NCBI GenBank assembly: GCA_041288095.1
Contig: JBGGMJ010000110.1
Span: forward strand, 1 to 19,512
Direction of reading: 5' to 3'
From: Myxococcota bacterium
GTDB taxonomy: Bacteria > Myxococcota > XYA12-FULL-58-9 > JALHOP01
Length of the DNA stretch: 19,512 bases
Under the pieces are notes generated by a model that worked only from the letters and a program-made list of their open reading frames with translations, had not been told where the DNA came from and did no database searches. Of the stretch, positions 6,697 through 18,800 are shown in pieces; the stretch's first letter is position 1, and each line of letters starts with the position of its first letter. The position numbers were made by a program, and so were the translations under genes.

Positions 6697-8544
6697 GTGA
6701 AACGCAGTGCCCTCATCCTAGGAGGCGGTCCCGAGCGGGAGCGCCTGCGCGAGCTCGTGCGCATGCTCGAGGAGCGCCGCGACGCCATCGGTGAGCTCGA
6801 CCTCGCCATCGAGATGTTGCGTGAGCAGCTCGGTAGCTTCGAAGTCGCCTATCGCAGCCGGCTGGCCTCCGAGCACGCCCTGCTCAAGCGCATCGCCAGC
6901 TACGTCCGCGTCCTCGACGGCTGGGCCAATCTCCTGTCGCGACGCCCCGGAAAGAACGTGGCCAGCGAAGGGGCGCGCGTCGACGAGCGGCGCGCCCGCG
7001 ATGTAAAGCAGTCGACCACGCAGAAAAAAAAAGCGCCCCTACGCGCCGAGGTCGTCGACCTTACCGACAAGCTCCCCGAGAGCACCGCGACCTCGCGCGA
7101 AGGCGAGCTGAAGGCCATCTACCGGCGCCTCGCCCGCCGCTACCACCCGGACCTCGCGCGCACCGAGGACGAGCGGCTGCAAGCGGGTCACATGATGGCG
7201 CGCATCAACAATCTCTATCGCGCCCGCGACCTCGAACGCTTGGCCGCGCTCGAGGAGCAAACCAAGGGTGGCGAGCTCGATGACGACGACCTGCACATCG
7301 AAGAACAGATCGCCTTGCTCGAGAGCCGGCTCGAGTGGTTCACCGCCGTGCTCGAGAACCTCGAGGAGGAGCGTATGGCCCTCGAGAACAGCGCGACTTG
7401 CCAGCTCTTCCGCAACGTCGAGCAAGCGGCGGCGGTCGGGCGTGACCTGGTCGAGGAGCTGCGGATCGAGCTAGAGTCGCGGGTTCAGCGCGCCTACGGC
7501 GACATCAGCGATGCCGCCCTGCGCTTGGAGCGTCACGTGTCGTCCTACAACCGCGATGGAACGAGCCAGGAGGTCGCGGCCCGCGACACCGCCGTTCTAC
7601 GGCTGTTCGACCCGTACGCCGACAAGAGCCTGGTGCGCTTGGGGCTCGATGAGCTCGCCACCGCGCGTGTCTCGAAGAGTGCCCGAGAGAGAGCCGACCG
7701 CATCGAAGCCATGGCGGACGTCGAGCCGACGCTCCTGCGCCTCGTGCTCATGACCTATGCGGCGGACCAGTCGCCCTTCCCGCTCGCCGGCCTCGCATCG
7801 TACGAGCACATCGCGGAGCGCATCGCCTACCTCGAGGAAGAGGTCCCGGGCGAAGGCGCCGCCTTGCGGGGCTTCGAAGAAGCCTTGGTGGAGCTCGATA
7901 CCTTCGTCCAGTTCGGCGTGAAGAGCGCCAACGAGAAAGTCGCGTACGCCGGGTTACGCTTCGTCGATCAGGAAGGTCGCACCGCTGTAGCGGTCGCTCT
8001 GCAACGCGCCAAGGTGCGCCGTGAGATGGCGAATGTCCTCACCGTGCTCGGTGATCACGTGGCTTGCGAGGCCTGCAAGCGCGAGGTCTACGCCGTACCT
8101 CTCTACAAGACGCGTGGCCTCGACGACTTGCGCGCTTCGGTCTGCCCACGCTGCGGCACCACCCTGTCGAGCTACTGGATGCCCAAGGGCAAGGACGTCC
8201 AGGCGGTCTTGAACCCCACCTATCTCGACTACGAGCTGGTGAGTGAGTGGTCGTTCAGCCTCGCGCACCTGTCGGTGGCCATGCAGCTCCTGCCGGTTCA
8301 GGTCGAGAAGATGACCGTCGGCGAGCTCAAAAAGCGCTTCTTCGAGGACACCTTCGAACGGCACCAGATCGAGGTGACGCGCGGCCAGGTGGCGTTGTAT
8401 CAGGGCGACCGCAAAGTCCCCGAGCGGACACGTCTGGCCGAGCTCGACGAGCGCGGCTTCACGGTTCGTTTCGAAGACACCAAGTTGCGCGAGCGGGACG
8501 CTTTGGAGCTCATCCGCCACCGCATCCGCAATCGATTCAAGTGA
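6697..8544 (+). CDS. J-domain (DnaJ-like) multidomain protein with coiled coils and a C4 Zn ribbon
   Basis: Internal J-domain LKAIYRRLARRYHPDL...MARINNLY (HPD at 7144-7152), flanking heptad-rich helices, CEAC (8065-8076) ... CPRC (8143-8154). Confidence 0.85.
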   Translation: MKRSALILGGGPERERLRELVRMLEERRDAIGELDLAIEMLREQLGSFEVAYRSRLASEHALLKRIASYVRVLDGWANLLSRRPGKNVASEGARVDERRARDVKQSTTQKKKAPLRAEVVDLTDKLPESTATSREGELKAIYRRLARRYHPDLARTEDERLQAGHMMARINNLYRARDLERLAALEEQTKGGELDDDDLHIEEQIALLESRLEWFTAVLENLEEERMALENSATCQLFRNVEQAAAVGRDLVEELRIELESRVQRAYGDISDAALRLERHVSSYNRDGTSQEVAARDTAVLRLFDPYADKSLVRLGLDELATARVSKSARERADRIEAMADVEPTLLRLVLMTYAADQSPFPLAGLASYEHIAERIAYLEEEVPGEGAALRGFEEALVELDTFVQFGVKSANEKVAYAGLRFVDQEGRTAVAVALQRAKVRREMANVLTVLGDHVACEACKREVYAVPLYKTRGLDDLRASVCPRCGTTLSSYWMPKGKDVQAVLNPTYLDYELVSEWSFSLAHLSVAMQLLPVQVEKMTVGELKKRFFEDTFERHQIEVTRGQVALYQGDRKVPERTRLAELDERGFTVRFEDTKLRERDALELIRHRIRNRFK

Positions 8545-8548
8545 GGCC

Positions 8549-10000
8549 ATGATGTCAGAAGAGAGCAACGTCACTACCCCGGGCGAGGATTCCGAGCCGA
8601 TGCCGCCACGATTGGCAGAGGCCCTCGCGACCTGGGAGCGCATCGCCCAAGCCCAGGCCAGCGGCGCCGAGGTCGAAGGTGAAGTGGTGGCCATGGTCAA
8701 GGGCGGCCTCTCGGTCGACGTCGGCATGCGCGCCTTCTTGCCAGCCTCGCAAGTGGGCCTACGCCCAGTGAGCGATCTCGCGCCGCTGGTTGGGCAGAAG
8801 CTCAAGCTCCGTGTCATGGAGCTCGACAAGCGCCGCGGCGCCCTGGTCGTGTCGCGCCGCGCCCTGCTCGAGGTCGAACGCTCGGTACAACGCGACGCTC
8901 AGCTCAAGACCCTGAACGTCGGCGACGTGGTCGAGGGTACGGTGGCGAGCTTCGTCGGCTATGGCGCTTTCGTCGACATCGGCGGCCTCGACGCCCTGCT
9001 GCGCAACGAGGACATGAGCTGGGGTCATGTCCGCCATGGCACCCAAGTCTTCGCGGAAGGCGACGCCGTCAAAGCCAAGGTGATCGAGATCGACCGAGCC
9101 AAGGGTCGTGTCGCCCTGAGCGTGAAGCAGCTCTCCACCGATCCGTGGGCCGGCATCGCCGAGAAGTACCCGGTCGGCAAGCGCATCCAGGCGAAGGTCT
9201 TGCGGCTCACCGAGTTCGGCGCGTTCGTCGAGATCGAGCCCAACGTCGAGGCGCTGGTGCACGTCTCGGAGATGCGCTGGGGTAAGAGCGTTCGCAAGCC
9301 CAGTGAGGTCGTGCAAAAGGGCCAGACCATCGAGGTGCAAGTCCTCGAGGTCGACATGGCCGAGCGCCGCATGGCCTTGGGGATGCGTCAGCTGACCGCG
9401 AACCCCTGGAAGACGCTGCGCGAGAAGTACCGCCCGAACGACCGCATCAAGGGCACGGTGCGCAGCATCACCGAGTTCGGTGCCTTCGTGACCCTGGACG
9501 ACGTGGGCATCGACGGCCTCTTGCACGCTTCGGACATGGCCTGGAACGACCGCGTGAAGCCCGCCGAGCGTTACAAAGTCGGCGACGCCATCGAAGTGGC
9601 ATTGCTCGACGTCAGCGTCGACAACGAGCGCATCTCGCTCGGTGTGAAGCAGCTCACGGAAGACCCGTGGGTCGGGGCGACGCGCACGCTCAAGCCCGGT
9701 GACAAAGTGAAGGGCAAGGTCACACAGGTCACGGAGTTCGGCGCCTTCGTCGAGCTCGTCCCCGAGGTGCAGGGCCTCTGCCACGTCACCGAGCTGACCG
9801 AAGAGCGCGGCAAGCGGCCTGCCGACGTCGTCAAGGTCGGCGACGAGCTCGAAGTGCGGGTGCTGGACGTCGACGCGTCTTCGCGCCGCATCGCCCTGTC
9901 CGCTTTCACGGTGGACACCCCCGTCGAGCCCGAAAAGCCCAAGGCCGCTTTCAAGAACTCGCTCGCCGACAAGCTCGGCGCCTTGAAGGTCAAGGAGTAG
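8549..10000 (+). CDS. rpsA: Ribosomal protein S1-like protein with five S1 domains (probable rpsA paralogue)
   Basis: One D2-like domain (KGGLSVDVGMRAFLPASQV) plus four (Y/F)GAFV domains with DPW/NPW linkers. Starts 4 nt after the J-protein stop; the start may instead be 8552. Confidence 0.85.
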   Translation: MMSEESNVTTPGEDSEPMPPRLAEALATWERIAQAQASGAEVEGEVVAMVKGGLSVDVGMRAFLPASQVGLRPVSDLAPLVGQKLKLRVMELDKRRGALVVSRRALLEVERSVQRDAQLKTLNVGDVVEGTVASFVGYGAFVDIGGLDALLRNEDMSWGHVRHGTQVFAEGDAVKAKVIEIDRAKGRVALSVKQLSTDPWAGIAEKYPVGKRIQAKVLRLTEFGAFVEIEPNVEALVHVSEMRWGKSVRKPSEVVQKGQTIEVQVLEVDMAERRMALGMRQLTANPWKTLREKYRPNDRIKGTVRSITEFGAFVTLDDVGIDGLLHASDMAWNDRVKPAERYKVGDAIEVALLDVSVDNERISLGVKQLTEDPWVGATRTLKPGDKVKGKVTQVTEFGAFVELVPEVQGLCHVTELTEERGKRPADVVKVGDELEVRVLDVDASSRRIALSAFTVDTPVEPEKPKAAFKNSLADKLGALKVKE

Positions 10001-13000
10001 CGTAGGCGCGGAACACGCCGAGGCTGTCGGTGGCGACGCGGATGGTGCGCGTCCCGGCGTCGTAGACGAAGCGCGGCCCGGTGCCGGTTGCGAGGTTACC
10101 ATCGGCGTCCGGGGTCACCGCGATGAAGGTGTCGACCGCCCGCCATTGCGTACGGCCGTCGGCTGTTTGCAACAAGGCGCCGCTGCCGCTCGTCTCGTAC
10201 TCGGCGACGATGCGGGCATAGACCAGCATGCTCGCCGGGTCGCCGACGACGGCGTCGTAGATGGGGAAGCTCACGATCAGCTCACGATCGGTCGCCGGCC
10301 TGACATGCACCTGCCCGCCGGTACCCCCGCTCGTCGTGTCACTTGCGAGGTGGCCCGAGAGCTCCCAGGCGAGCGAGATGGCCGTCGCGGTGGCGGGGAC
10401 GGTGACGCCGGAGCGGCGTAGGCGGGTCGCGAAGTCGGAGCGCAGGTCGCGGGCGGCATGCATGACTGGCTCGCGATCGACGGTCGGTCGCGCGGCGATG
10501 GGCAGCCCCCAGGGGTCACCGAAGCGATCGACCGCGCGCGGCGCCCCCCCGACCACGTTGGCGGTCGTGAGGTTCTGATGCCAGGGAGGCAGCACTTGAT
10601 AGCGATGGTTGACGAAGACCCGCAGCCTGTCGTCGGAGCTCGCGGCGAAAAGGTCGGCAATGCCGTCGCGGTTCAAGTCGCCAAAAGCGAGCGACTCGAG
10701 GTCGGATCGAATGGCGACGGCCGGTGCGAAGGTGCCGGTCGGCTTGCCGCCGACGACGTTGCCGCCGGCGACGTAAGCGGTCGCGGTGAAGGTCTCGCCG
10801 AGCAGGTCGAGAACACCGTCACCGTCGATGTCGATGAGGCGGGCGTTGTCGTTGATGGCCACGCTGATGGTCGAGGTGATCGGCGTGCTGTAGCTGCAGC
10901 GACCGACGGTCCAGACATGAATATTGCTCGCGGTGAGGGCGACGACTTGGTTTGCTCCACGTCCGGCGACGTCGCCAACCACCATACTGAGCACATCAGC
11001 GCTCGCGGGCACGGCCGTGCTGCAGGCCGCGCTAACGCCGCCGGCGCCGCCGAAGTAGACGCTCACCTGGCCCGCCGAGTTGTTGGCCGCCACCACATCG
11101 TCGACGCCGTCTCCGTCGACGTCGCCGGCGGCGGTGGCGGAATCGATGGCGAGCGGCGCTGCTTGCCAGCTGGTGACGCTCCCTGCCGGTCCGCGGGCGT
11201 AGTGGACCCCTTCGTAGCTCTGCCAGTTCAGGGCATCGTCGCGACCGTCGCCGTCGAAGTCGCCGAGCACGACGGGGCCGCCAGGCTGCCCAGAGCTCAC
11301 GAAAGCGGCCGGCGTGAAGGTATTGGGCGCTGCTCCCGCGGTGACGTAGTAGTTGCCGTTGGAGTCGGTCGACAGCACCACATCGGGGGCGTCATCGCCG
11401 TTCACGTCGCCGACCGCGAGATAGTCGCTGGCCCCAGCGAGCACGGTATTGTTCGGCACCATGAAGGTCGGCGTACCGAAGACCTCGATGTTTCCATCGG
11501 CCACGTCACGCTGAGACGTGCCGCGAAAGACCGCGACGACGTGGTTCGATGTATAGCGCGCGTCCATGGTCCAGACGTCGGAGAGACCATCGCTGTCGAA
11601 ATCAGCGGCGATGGTGAGCGCGTTTCGGTCCGGCACCACGAAGATGAACTTCGCCGCTGGGTCACCCGGGAACGACGGCGCGCCGTGGCCCGACGCGTGA
11701 ACACGCGCCGTCAACAAGGTCGGCGCCGCGACCAAGATATCGGGTTGTCCGTCACCATTGCGATCATCGATGACCATGTCATTGGCGGCCCCGATGGTAC
11801 CGCTCAGCCGCCGCCAGCGAGCGACGGTGGTGTTCCAGCCGAACGCCATGGCTGTCGTGGTGTTGCCGAGCACGACCTGCGCCGGGGGACCAGCACGGAA
11901 GACCATGCGACGCATCGGCGGCATGTTGTCGATGATGGTGTCGAGGATGTACCACCCACCCTCGCGCGCAAACAGGCGCAGGCGTGACAGGTTGAGCTGC
12001 CGCAGGTCCACGAAGGCAAGCTCGGCCTTGCCGTCACCGCGGAAATCGCCCGCCGCGAGGATGGCGCTGCGGTAGCTGAAGCCGTCGTCGTTGACGCCCA
12101 AGCCGCTCGCCACCACGTCATAACCGGCGCGCAAGGGTGGCGACCCTGTCTGTGCACCATAGCGGACACGCACCTCGACGAACGTGGGCTTGATGACGTC
12201 GCCGAAGCCCGAACCGGTCGCCACCGCGTAGGCGATGTCGGTGTATCCGTCGCCGTCGAAATCGCCCGCGGTCATTCCGTAGATGTCGCCGCTCTCGACG
12301 AGGTTTTCGACCGCCCCCACCGCGCCCGCGCCATTGCCGCGCCTGAACATCACGCTCTGGTTGCCGTTGATGGCGACGTCGAGCTTGCCGTCGCCGTCGT
12401 AGTCACCCACCGCAAGCAAAGCGATGGTGGTGCTGTCGCTCGCGACGGTGCTGTAGGTCGGGCCGGCGGCGCCGCCGAGCCCGATGACCAGGCCGTCTTG
12501 ATCGTTGTGCGCGAGGATGTCGGCCCTACCGTCGTTGTTCAAGTCCGCGGTCACCAGGGCGCGTGAGTTACCGTCCGACTGCGCGAAGTTGGTGCGTGCC
12601 CCAAAACCACCGCCGGCAATGCCCGGAAAGAACTCGAGCGAGTTGCCCGCCCATACGACGCAATCCTCCCTGCCGTCACCGGTGACATCGCCGGTGGTCA
12701 TCAAGGTGCCTTCACGCGAGTTGCTGTCGTTCGAGAGGTACGTGTAGGTCGCCAAGATCGGGTCGAGGAAGTCGGTGGTCTGCGCCGAGCTCACGTTGCC
12801 CACGGGGATCGGCACGGTGGCAAACGCCGCTTCGCTGTTGCCGCCGTCGTCCGCGGCGATGACGCGCAGTCGCACGCCGTCCACCGGATCGGTCACGTCA
12901 GCGCCGGCGTTCCACACGAAGGTGTGCCGGTCGGGCGAGCTTTGCTTGCTGGCGACGTCGAGCGTCCCGGAGTGCTGCACGATTGGATACGGTGTGGCGC

Positions 13001-14153
13001 GCGACCAAACCGAGCCGCCGTCCAGGCTGTACTCGACGGCGATGTCGACGAGGTCACTCTCGGCGTCGACGACCTCGTAGCCGACGAAGACGAGAGTGCT
13101 CACGTAGTCGGGCTCGACCGCCGAGACTTCGAGGCCGCCCACCACCGGAGGCGTCTGGTTGAAAACCAAGGCAGTGAGCGTCGACCAAGCACCGTAGGTC
13201 GTCACTTGCGCGAGTGCGCTCTCGACCGCGCGCGCGCGTAACGTGACCTGGCGGTTCACGTGACCGATGCCGCCCGGCGTCGTGGTGTCGGCGGGCAACG
13301 GCGCATCGGCGTTCCAGACGAGCAGGCGGTTCGTCGCGGCGCCAGCGGCGTCGGCCACGACGCCGTCAGTCGAGCCGCGCACTCGTGCGGTGTACCAGGG
13401 CGACTCGGGGACCACCCCCTCGATGCGAAACTGGACCTCGATCCGTGACTCGTCGAGCGAGCTGTCGGTGAGGGTGTACTCGAACGGCGAGGCCTGCCGC
13501 AGGCTCGCGCCATCGTCGATGACCGCGAGCAGCGGGGTGTCGTTACCGATGGCGAAGACCGGTGACACCGTGGTGTTGCGGGCCGGCGGGATGCCCGAGT
13601 CGACCGCGGTGATGCGCACCTGCACCGTGTCCGCGAAAGCAAGCACCGTGGTCGGCGGCGCGCCGTCCTCGGGAGAGGCGGCGATGTCACTCGTCGCGAG
13701 CGCGCACGGATCGGCGGCCGCGACGCGCTGGGCATCGGCGAGCGCGTCCCAGACGATGCCGAGCGTCGTGGTCTCGGCCCCTACGGCCCCGGGAGCTCCG
13801 TCGATGGTCGCTTCGCACCAGGTACTGCCGTCACGCGAGTACTCGAGCGTGAAAGCAACCGTGTCCGTCCCGACTGGTGGCGCGTTGAAATCGAGAGCGT
13901 CGATGGCGATGGCCACGGTGGTCGCGGCCCTGCCCGCCACCGGCCCGAGCTGCCGGATGGCTACCGCCGGCGCGGCGTTCCCGACGTTGAAGTCGCATGC
14001 ATTGGTGAGCGGATTGCAGCGCGCGTCCGACGGGCACTCGGCGTCACTCGCACACGTCACCGTGAGTCCAGGTGGGACTTCGAGGTCAACAGCGCAAGCC
14101 GCCACCACGAGCAGCAACGAACAAGCAAGCAAAGGGCGGGGCGACAACCCCAC
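9990..14153 (-). CDS. Large FG-GAP/VCBS-repeat surface lipoprotein
   Basis: Lipobox LLVVAA-C, Cys-rich module CASDAECPSDARCNPLTNAC, three similar beta-sandwich-like repeats, about 13 DxxGDG-type motifs. Start uncertain (GTG 14153, TTG 14147 or ATG 14234; frame open to 14309). The 3' end overlaps the S1 gene by 11 bp. Confidence 0.85.
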   Translation of the reverse strand: MGLSPRPLLACSLLLVVAACAVDLEVPPGLTVTCASDAECPSDARCNPLTNACDFNVGNAAPAVAIRQLGPVAGRAATTVAIAIDALDFNAPPVGTDTVAFTLEYSRDGSTWCEATIDGAPGAVGAETTTLGIVWDALADAQRVAAADPCALATSDIAASPEDGAPPTTVLAFADTVQVRITAVDSGIPPARNTTVSPVFAIGNDTPLLAVIDDGASLRQASPFEYTLTDSSLDESRIEVQFRIEGVVPESPWYTARVRGSTDGVVADAAGAATNRLLVWNADAPLPADTTTPGGIGHVNRQVTLRARAVESALAQVTTYGAWSTLTALVFNQTPPVVGGLEVSAVEPDYVSTLVFVGYEVVDAESDLVDIAVEYSLDGGSVWSRATPYPIVQHSGTLDVASKQSSPDRHTFVWNAGADVTDPVDGVRLRVIAADDGGNSEAAFATVPIPVGNVSSAQTTDFLDPILATYTYLSNDSNSREGTLMTTGDVTGDGREDCVVWAGNSLEFFPGIAGGGFGARTNFAQSDGNSRALVTADLNNDGRADILAHNDQDGLVIGLGGAAGPTYSTVASDSTTIALLAVGDYDGDGKLDVAINGNQSVMFRRGNGAGAVGAVENLVESGDIYGMTAGDFDGDGYTDIAYAVATGSGFGDVIKPTFVEVRVRYGAQTGSPPLRAGYDVVASGLGVNDDGFSYRSAILAAGDFRGDGKAELAFVDLRQLNLSRLRLFAREGGWYILDTIIDNMPPMRRMVFRAGPPAQVVLGNTTTAMAFGWNTTVARWRRLSGTIGAANDMVIDDRNGDGQPDILVAAPTLLTARVHASGHGAPSFPGDPAAKFIFVVPDRNALTIAADFDSDGLSDVWTMDARYTSNHVVAVFRGTSQRDVADGNIEVFGTPTFMVPNNTVLAGASDYLAVGDVNGDDAPDVVLSTDSNGNYYVTAGAAPNTFTPAAFVSSGQPGGPVVLGDFDGDGRDDALNWQSYEGVHYARGPAGSVTSWQAAPLAIDSATAAGDVDGDGVDDVVAANNSAGQVSVYFGGAGGVSAACSTAVPASADVLSMVVGDVAGRGANQVVALTASNIHVWTVGRCSYSTPITSTISVAINDNARLIDIDGDGVLDLLGETFTATAYVAGGNVVGGKPTGTFAPAVAIRSDLESLAFGDLNRDGIADLFAASSDDRLRVFVNHRYQVLPPWHQNLTTANVVGGAPRAVDRFGDPWGLPIAARPTVDREPVMHAARDLRSDFATRLRRSGVTVPATATAISLAWELSGHLASDTTSGGTGGQVHVRPATDRELIVSFPIYDAVVGDPASMLVYARIVAEYETSGSGALLQTADGRTQWRAVDTFIAVTPDADGNLATGTGPRFVYDAGTRTIRVATDSLGVFRAYATP

Positions 14154-14241
14154 GGCCTTAGACGGGAGGGCTCGTCCATCCCCCCGCCCGGCGCCACCCC
14201 GTAGCCCCGCGGCAAACGTCCGAAGCTCCCGCATAGCTGGC

Positions 14242-14277
14242 GTGGGGTTCCCCGACGTTTTTTGCGGGGAACTCCAC
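14242..14277. other. Hairpin downstream of the carboxyltransferase gene
   Basis: 13-bp stem GTGGGGTTCCCCG (14242-14254) / CGGGGAACTCCAC (14265-14277) with one G.T pair and a 10-nt loop. No U-tract on the minus strand. Confidence 0.55.
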
Positions 14278-14305
14278 CTTAGCGCCGCCCCTGCGGCGCG
14301 GTAAG

Positions 14306-15867
<1,562 letters not shown>

Positions 15868-15868
<1 letters not shown>

Positions 15869-18800
15869 TACGCCGAGACCTCCGGTTTGCCGCGGCTGGG
15901 CGTCGCGCGCTGCTCGTTCACCGGCATGAGCACGCGCGCCACCACGCGGCTTGCCATCGTTTCCAACTCGACGCGAGGCGTCCCCGCCCCGAGTAGCTCG
16001 GCCCGCTGCAGGGCCTCGCCGCTCAACGTCACGTGCCATGTCTCACTCCCAGCGCTCATGCGCGGTACCGCTTCGATCTCGCGCAGGTCGACGCGGGCGC
16101 CGATGCCGAGGGCTTTGACGACAGCTTCTTTCACAGCCCAGACGGCGGTGAACAGGTGCGCCGGATCGCGACCATTGGCGGCCGCGCGCTCGGCGTCGGT
16201 GAAATAATCGCGGATGAACGACGGATCGCGCGCCTCGACGCTCTCGACGTCGATGCCGGGACGCACACCCGGCTCGACGCTGAGCATGGCCGCCGCGCAA
16301 CCGGCGCTGTGCGAGATCGAGATGCGCTGGGTGCCCGCCTTCTCGCCGGCGATGCTGACCTGCGGCGCCCCGAGCTCGTCGGGCACGATGTTGATGGCGC
16401 TGTAGGGCACGATGGCCCCGTCGTGGGCGAAGTGCGACTCACGGATGAGGCGCTTGGCGACGATGCGGCCGGCGAGCCAATCGATCTTGCGCTTGTCGGT
16501 CTTGAGCTCCTTGAAGCGTGCCTGCTCTTGCGGAGCGAGGTAGCGCTTGAGGGTCGCCTTCTCGTCGGCGGCGAGCGACTCGTGGATCTCGTCGATCTCG
16601 ACCGACAACCAGTTCGGGGTGAGCTCGCGGCGGTAGGTCGTCTCGAAGCGATCTTCGGGCGCGAGCTGCTTGAGCGTCACCGTGCGATAGCCGCGCATGA
16701 TGTCGTGAATGCGACCGTCGGCGTCGCGGGTCCACACATCGAAGACAGAGCCGTTGGCGTTCGACGACACCAAGCGCGCCTCGACGGTCACCTCGGTACC
16801 GGCCGGTAGCGGCGCTCCCAGCTCCACGCGATCGACGCCGGCGGGCAAGGCCATGCGGCCGAGCTCGGCCATCTCCCACAAGCCGGCGCCTTGGAAGGCG
16901 GCTTCGCGGGCAAATGGAACGGTGAACAACTGCTGGTGGCCGATGCCGTTCATCCACGTCGGCCACGGCGTGACCGACTTGGCCTCGGCGCCGTCTTCAC
17001 CGAAGACGCTGATGCGGCCGAGCACCTGGAAGACGGGACCGTGGAAGTAGCGCTTGTAGATGGCGCTGCGCTCGATGCCCGGATCGCGCGGCATCTCGAG
17101 ACGACGAATCGCCGGCCCAGTGAGCGTCTCGCGTTTGCCGAAATGTACGGTGGCCGCGAAGTGCTCACGGCGGATGCTCTTGCCCGTGGGGCTGACGAGC
17201 TCCGTGCACAGTTGCACGTCCGCGTGCCCGTCCTTGAGAGTCACTTCGACGCGCGCATCGAGCGGCTCGTCACGGTGCAGCTTCACTGGGCTTGCGAACT
17301 TCACGTTCTCGATGCGGCTGGCATCGCTGCCGGCGGCGTGCATCGCGGCCTGGGTCATGAGCTCGAGGCCGATGACTCCCGGCAAGAGGGCGACGCCGTC
17401 GAGGCGGTGATGGTCGAGCCCGATGTCGCGCTTGGGATCCAAGCGTCGCACGTAGACGTTGCCGTCCACGCGATCGAAGATAGCCGGGTGCTTCGCGGGC
17501 CCTGGCTGTGGGGCTGCGGTCTTCGCCTCCGTTTTGGCGGGCGCGTCCGCGGGAGCGAACAGGCCGAGCTCGCCGGCGACGACGACATCGCCTTTGAAGG
17601 TCGACAGCGCCAGCGCCGCGCCGAGGCGAGCACCGATGGCGGCGGGCAAGAACTCGACACCCGAGCTCTCGAGGACGTGTTTCACCGCGTCCTTGGTCGC
17701 CATGCCGACGTCGCCCCAAGCGGTCCAGTCGACGTTGACGATGTCACGACCATCGGCGCGTGACAGCGCGGCGAGGAGCTCGTTGCTGGCCGAGTAGTCG
17801 GCCTGGCCGGCGTTGCCGAAGCGGCCCGCGACCGAGCCCATGGTCAACATGCGCTTGGGCTTGAGCGAGACGTAGAGCGACAACCCAGCGCGTGCCTTGG
17901 GCGCGAAGACGCGCTCGAAGGCTTCGGGATCCTTGTCGGCGAGGAGCTTCGATTCCTCACGGCCGGCACCGTGCACCAGCAGATCGACATGACCGTGACG
18001 CGCCTTGATGCCGTCGACGACGCGGCCGAGGGCGGACAGATCGGCGACGTCGCAGGCGATGAGCTCGACTTCACTGCCGAGCGCGCGGAGACTCTCGAGA
18101 TTCTTGGTGATGTCGAGGCGGGTGCGCTCGTTTTCGATCCAGCGCTTCACCTCGGCGGGGGTCGCGCGCTTGCCGGCGGAAGTGAGGGCGGCCTTGGCCC
18201 GATCCTTCTGCTCGCTGTCGTTCAAGCCCTTGATGGGACTCGCGCTCTCCTCGACGCCGCCGGTGCGGGCGAGAATGACGATGCGGAGGGCCTGCGTGCG
18301 CGCGAGCTCACGAACGAGCTCGAAGGTGACGCCACGGGCTCCACCGGTCGCGACCACCACCGCGTGGGGTCCGAGCGGAGCGTCGACGGCTTCGGCGACC
18401 TTGCCGTGACGCAGGGTCCAGAGCTGACCCTTGTGCACCGCGATCTCGCTCGGCGCCTGGCTCATCCAGCACTCGAGCGCGCGGCGGCACGAGAGCGGCA
18501 AGCCCTCGGTGCGGTCGAGATCGATGGCGAGGCATCGCGCTTCCGGCCACTCCTTGGCGAGCGACTTCGCGATACCCGACAGCGCGCCCATGACGAGGCC
18601 GACAGCGTCGGTCGTGTGCATGCCGAAGATGCCGTTGCTACGGCCGGCGAAGAGGAGTCCCAGGCCCTTGGCGCCGGCGCGGGCCTTGGCGAAGGCCCGT
18701 GCGAGCCGCATGGCGCGCGCCACTTCGGCTTCGATAGCGGACACGCTGATGGTGCTTTGCTCGGAGCTGAGCAACACCAGATCGTCGGCGGGCTGGCCAC

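Noticed and set aside
15869..16039. Extended N-terminus of the carboxyltransferase from GTG 16039
   Set aside because: Overlaps the PPTase coding region in another frame. The TAATG junction or ATG 15856 gives a normal-length protein.
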